Source: an uncultured Bacteroidales bacterium | GTDB taxonomy: Bacteria; Bacteroidota; Bacteroidia; Bacteroidales; VadinHA17 | Reading direction: 5' to 3' | DNA: 64,000 bases | NCBI GenBank assembly: GCA_963702415.1 | Contig: CAVPCP010000021.1 | Location: 145,383 to 209,382 of the forward strand | Part shown: one piece after another, positions 62,001-64,000 of the stretch | Layout: each line of letters starts with the position of its first letter | How positions within the stretch are numbered: position 1 is the first letter of the stretch | The notes under the pieces: model-generated | The model's database searches: none | Seen by the model: the letters and a program-made list of their open reading frames with translations, nothing else | Told to the model about the DNA's origin: nothing | Made by a program: the position numbers and the translations under genes

Positions 62001-62109
62001 CTTCGGAAATCAACCGTGGGCTTTTTCTTACTTACCAATATCTGACCCTCACTTGACTTTGGTATCAGGATAGCATAACTTTACCTACATAAAGACAAAA
62101 AGTTACCTG
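62001..62109 (+). repeat. Cassette boundary: degenerate hairpin T plus leader G/promoter P
   Basis: CTTCGGAAATCAACCGTGGGCTTTTT; TTGAC at 62053, TAACTTTA at 62076. Confidence 0.8.
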
Positions 62110-64000
62110 ATGGCTCACAAAACCAATAGTTTTGGAAGGTTCTGGAAGGAACTAAAAGACGTAAAGTCTTCAGCGTAGTCACCACATATGCTGCTACTGC
62201 TTATATCATAATTGAAGTAACCAATAATCTTGTTGAACCATTAAGTCTGCCAGCATGGATTGCTAAACTGGTAGTATTATTGCTTGGCGCTGGACTCCCA
62301 GTTGTTATCATTCTGTCATGGATATTTGATTTTACACCCCATGGGATAAAGAAAACCGAGTCTCTTGAAGAATTAGAAGGCAAAGAGGTTGTAGCAAAAC
62401 CTGTTAAAAGTAAACTGAGGGCAAGTTATGTATTAAATGCTGTTCTAATAATTGCAGTCATAATTCTTGCTTACCCAAAGATATTCAAAAGGGATACATT
62501 GGAAAGGTTGAGATCATCAGGTGAGAAGATAATCTGTTGCAGTAATGCCGTTCTAGAATATGACAAATGATTCCACACTTGATGTCTGGCAGGATGGAAT
62601 TCAAAATGAAGTAATAACATCTCTAACGAACTCTGAAGAACTAAAAGTCAGGCAGGTAGAATCCGTAACCAATCTTATTCAAAGCAAAGGCCTTACAAAT
62701 TATGCATCCATTACTCCCTCATTTGCAAGTAATATATCAAAGAAACTGGATGCACATGTATTTATTTATGGAAGTATAAAACAATCAGGCAACACAGTAC
62801 GTCTGAATGCTCAACTAATTGAATCAAACAGAGACGAAGCTTTTAAGTCCTTTCAGATAGATGGGACCACTGATAAGATTCTAAAGATGATTGATTCACT
62901 CTCTGTGATGGTCAAAAATACTCTTATAATATCTAATCTGGAGAAGGAATCACCTCCTATAAACATCACTATCCCAATACAAATTCTCCTGAAGCATACA
63001 CGTATTACCTTTATGGGAAGATAAAGCTATAGAAACGAGATTATCCAACATCAAGAAATAGGTATTGCAGGCATTGGTTATAGATTCAAACTTTACAATT
63101 GCGACTTTAAAACTTTCTGTAGCATATGGTAATCAGGGCTTATATAAGGATGCAAAAAAATGGTGTACTTAAAGCCTATAAGAAAAGAGATCAGATGCCT
63201 ATACGATTGAAGATTGATCACAAATAGGGTATTATGCTTTCTTTTTTGAAACACCTAATGAAGAAATTAAATACCTGAAGCAACTACAGGAAATTGATGA
63301 CTAGTTCCAAGCCATTATTATGGTATAGGTTTATACATTCTACTTGTATCAATATGATAAGGCAATCCCTGAATTTGAAAAATCTCTGGAGATTTATGAT
63401 AAATCAGCTGAAAACCCTGATGGAGTTTATAATTATGAATTACTTGGAGAAGCATATCATAAGACGGGGCAATATAAAAAGGAGAAAAAACTATATAAAA
63501 AAGCAGAGAAGGATTTTCCCAACAATCTCCTGGTCTACCTACCAAATGGCATCTTGTCACAGTTGAAGGAGACACAGTTAATGCAAAGAAATATCTTGAG
63601 AAATGAATTGTATAACAAAAGAAAATTCATCGACTGATGGAAATATAGCACACAAATTGCCATTTGGTCTTAACGGAACAGGCAAAATGAATAAAGCAGA
63701 GGAATATTACCGCAAAACTCTCAATGCAACCAGATAATGTTTAGCAGGATCAATGATCTTGCATGGTTTCTTATTGACAGAAATCGGGAATATCATGAAG
63801 GCATGAATCTCATTGATAAAGCACTTGAATAAGAAGATCTGATAATGATAATTATCTGATTACAAAAGGATGGGGTTTCTTTAAACAAGGGTAAATATAG
63901 GAAGCATTAGATGTCCTTAGAAGAATGCTGGGAATTAAGAAGGCGGTATCATTTATCATCATGCAGCATATCTTCATCTCGAAGCAGCAAAAAAGCAGTT
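62110..64000 (+). pseudogene. Multiply frameshifted paralog of 48535..50451 (pseudogene or low-quality sequence)
   Basis: Same start ATGGCTCACAAAACCAATAGTTTTG; collinear fragments to ...HLEAAKKAV at the window end; many 1-bp indels. Confidence 0.75.

Larger units (their letters stand above)
30042..64000 (+). other. Co-oriented gene-cassette-like array with repeated hairpin/promoter boundaries
   Basis: ~18 hairpin copies, ~16 promoter copies, repeated spacer modules, nearly all genes on +, many gene fragments; left boundary approximate. Confidence 0.8.

Noticed and set aside
36110..62026. CRISPR array
   Set aside because: Repeats are degenerate and separated by hundreds to thousands of bases of genes; no cas genes.
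30042..64000. Classical integron with attC sites
   Set aside because: No RYYYAAC...GTTRRRY boxes in the repeats, cassettes carry their own promoters, and no IntI gene is in the window.
62110..64000. Programmed frameshifting or genuine gene splitting
   Set aside because: Many scattered 1-bp indels toward the window end fit decay or low-coverage sequence better.

Overview
The window looks like a Bacteroidota (probably Bacteroidales-like) chromosome segment with two contrasting halves. Bases 1 to about 28,300 are densely coded on both strands and encode envelope and transport functions: many outer-membrane beta-barrels, a tripartite RND pump, PPK2, an AI-2E transporter, MscS, a K+ channel, an HdeD-like protein and an IS200-type Y1 transposase flanked by hairpins. 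From about 30,000 to the end, the sequence is visibly more AT-rich and forms an array of about 25 mostly unrelated genes, nearly all on the + strand and mostly exported proteins or lipoproteins. These genes are separated by recurring boundary parts: a ~28-nt hairpin (consensus GCCCYCGGAAATCAGCTTCGGGGGCTTTT, ~18 copies including degenerate ones), a fixed-spacing promoter (TTGAC-N18-TAACTTTR, ~16 copies) and several interchangeable spacer/leader modules. The array also contains orphan gene fragments and truncated hairpins. It resembles an integron-like gene-cassette array but has no attC signature, and no integrase lies in the window; this is the main candidate for an undescribed system. Family names come from motif recognition by eye, not database searches. 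Several frameshifts, especially in G-runs and in the last 2 kb, may be assembly errors.
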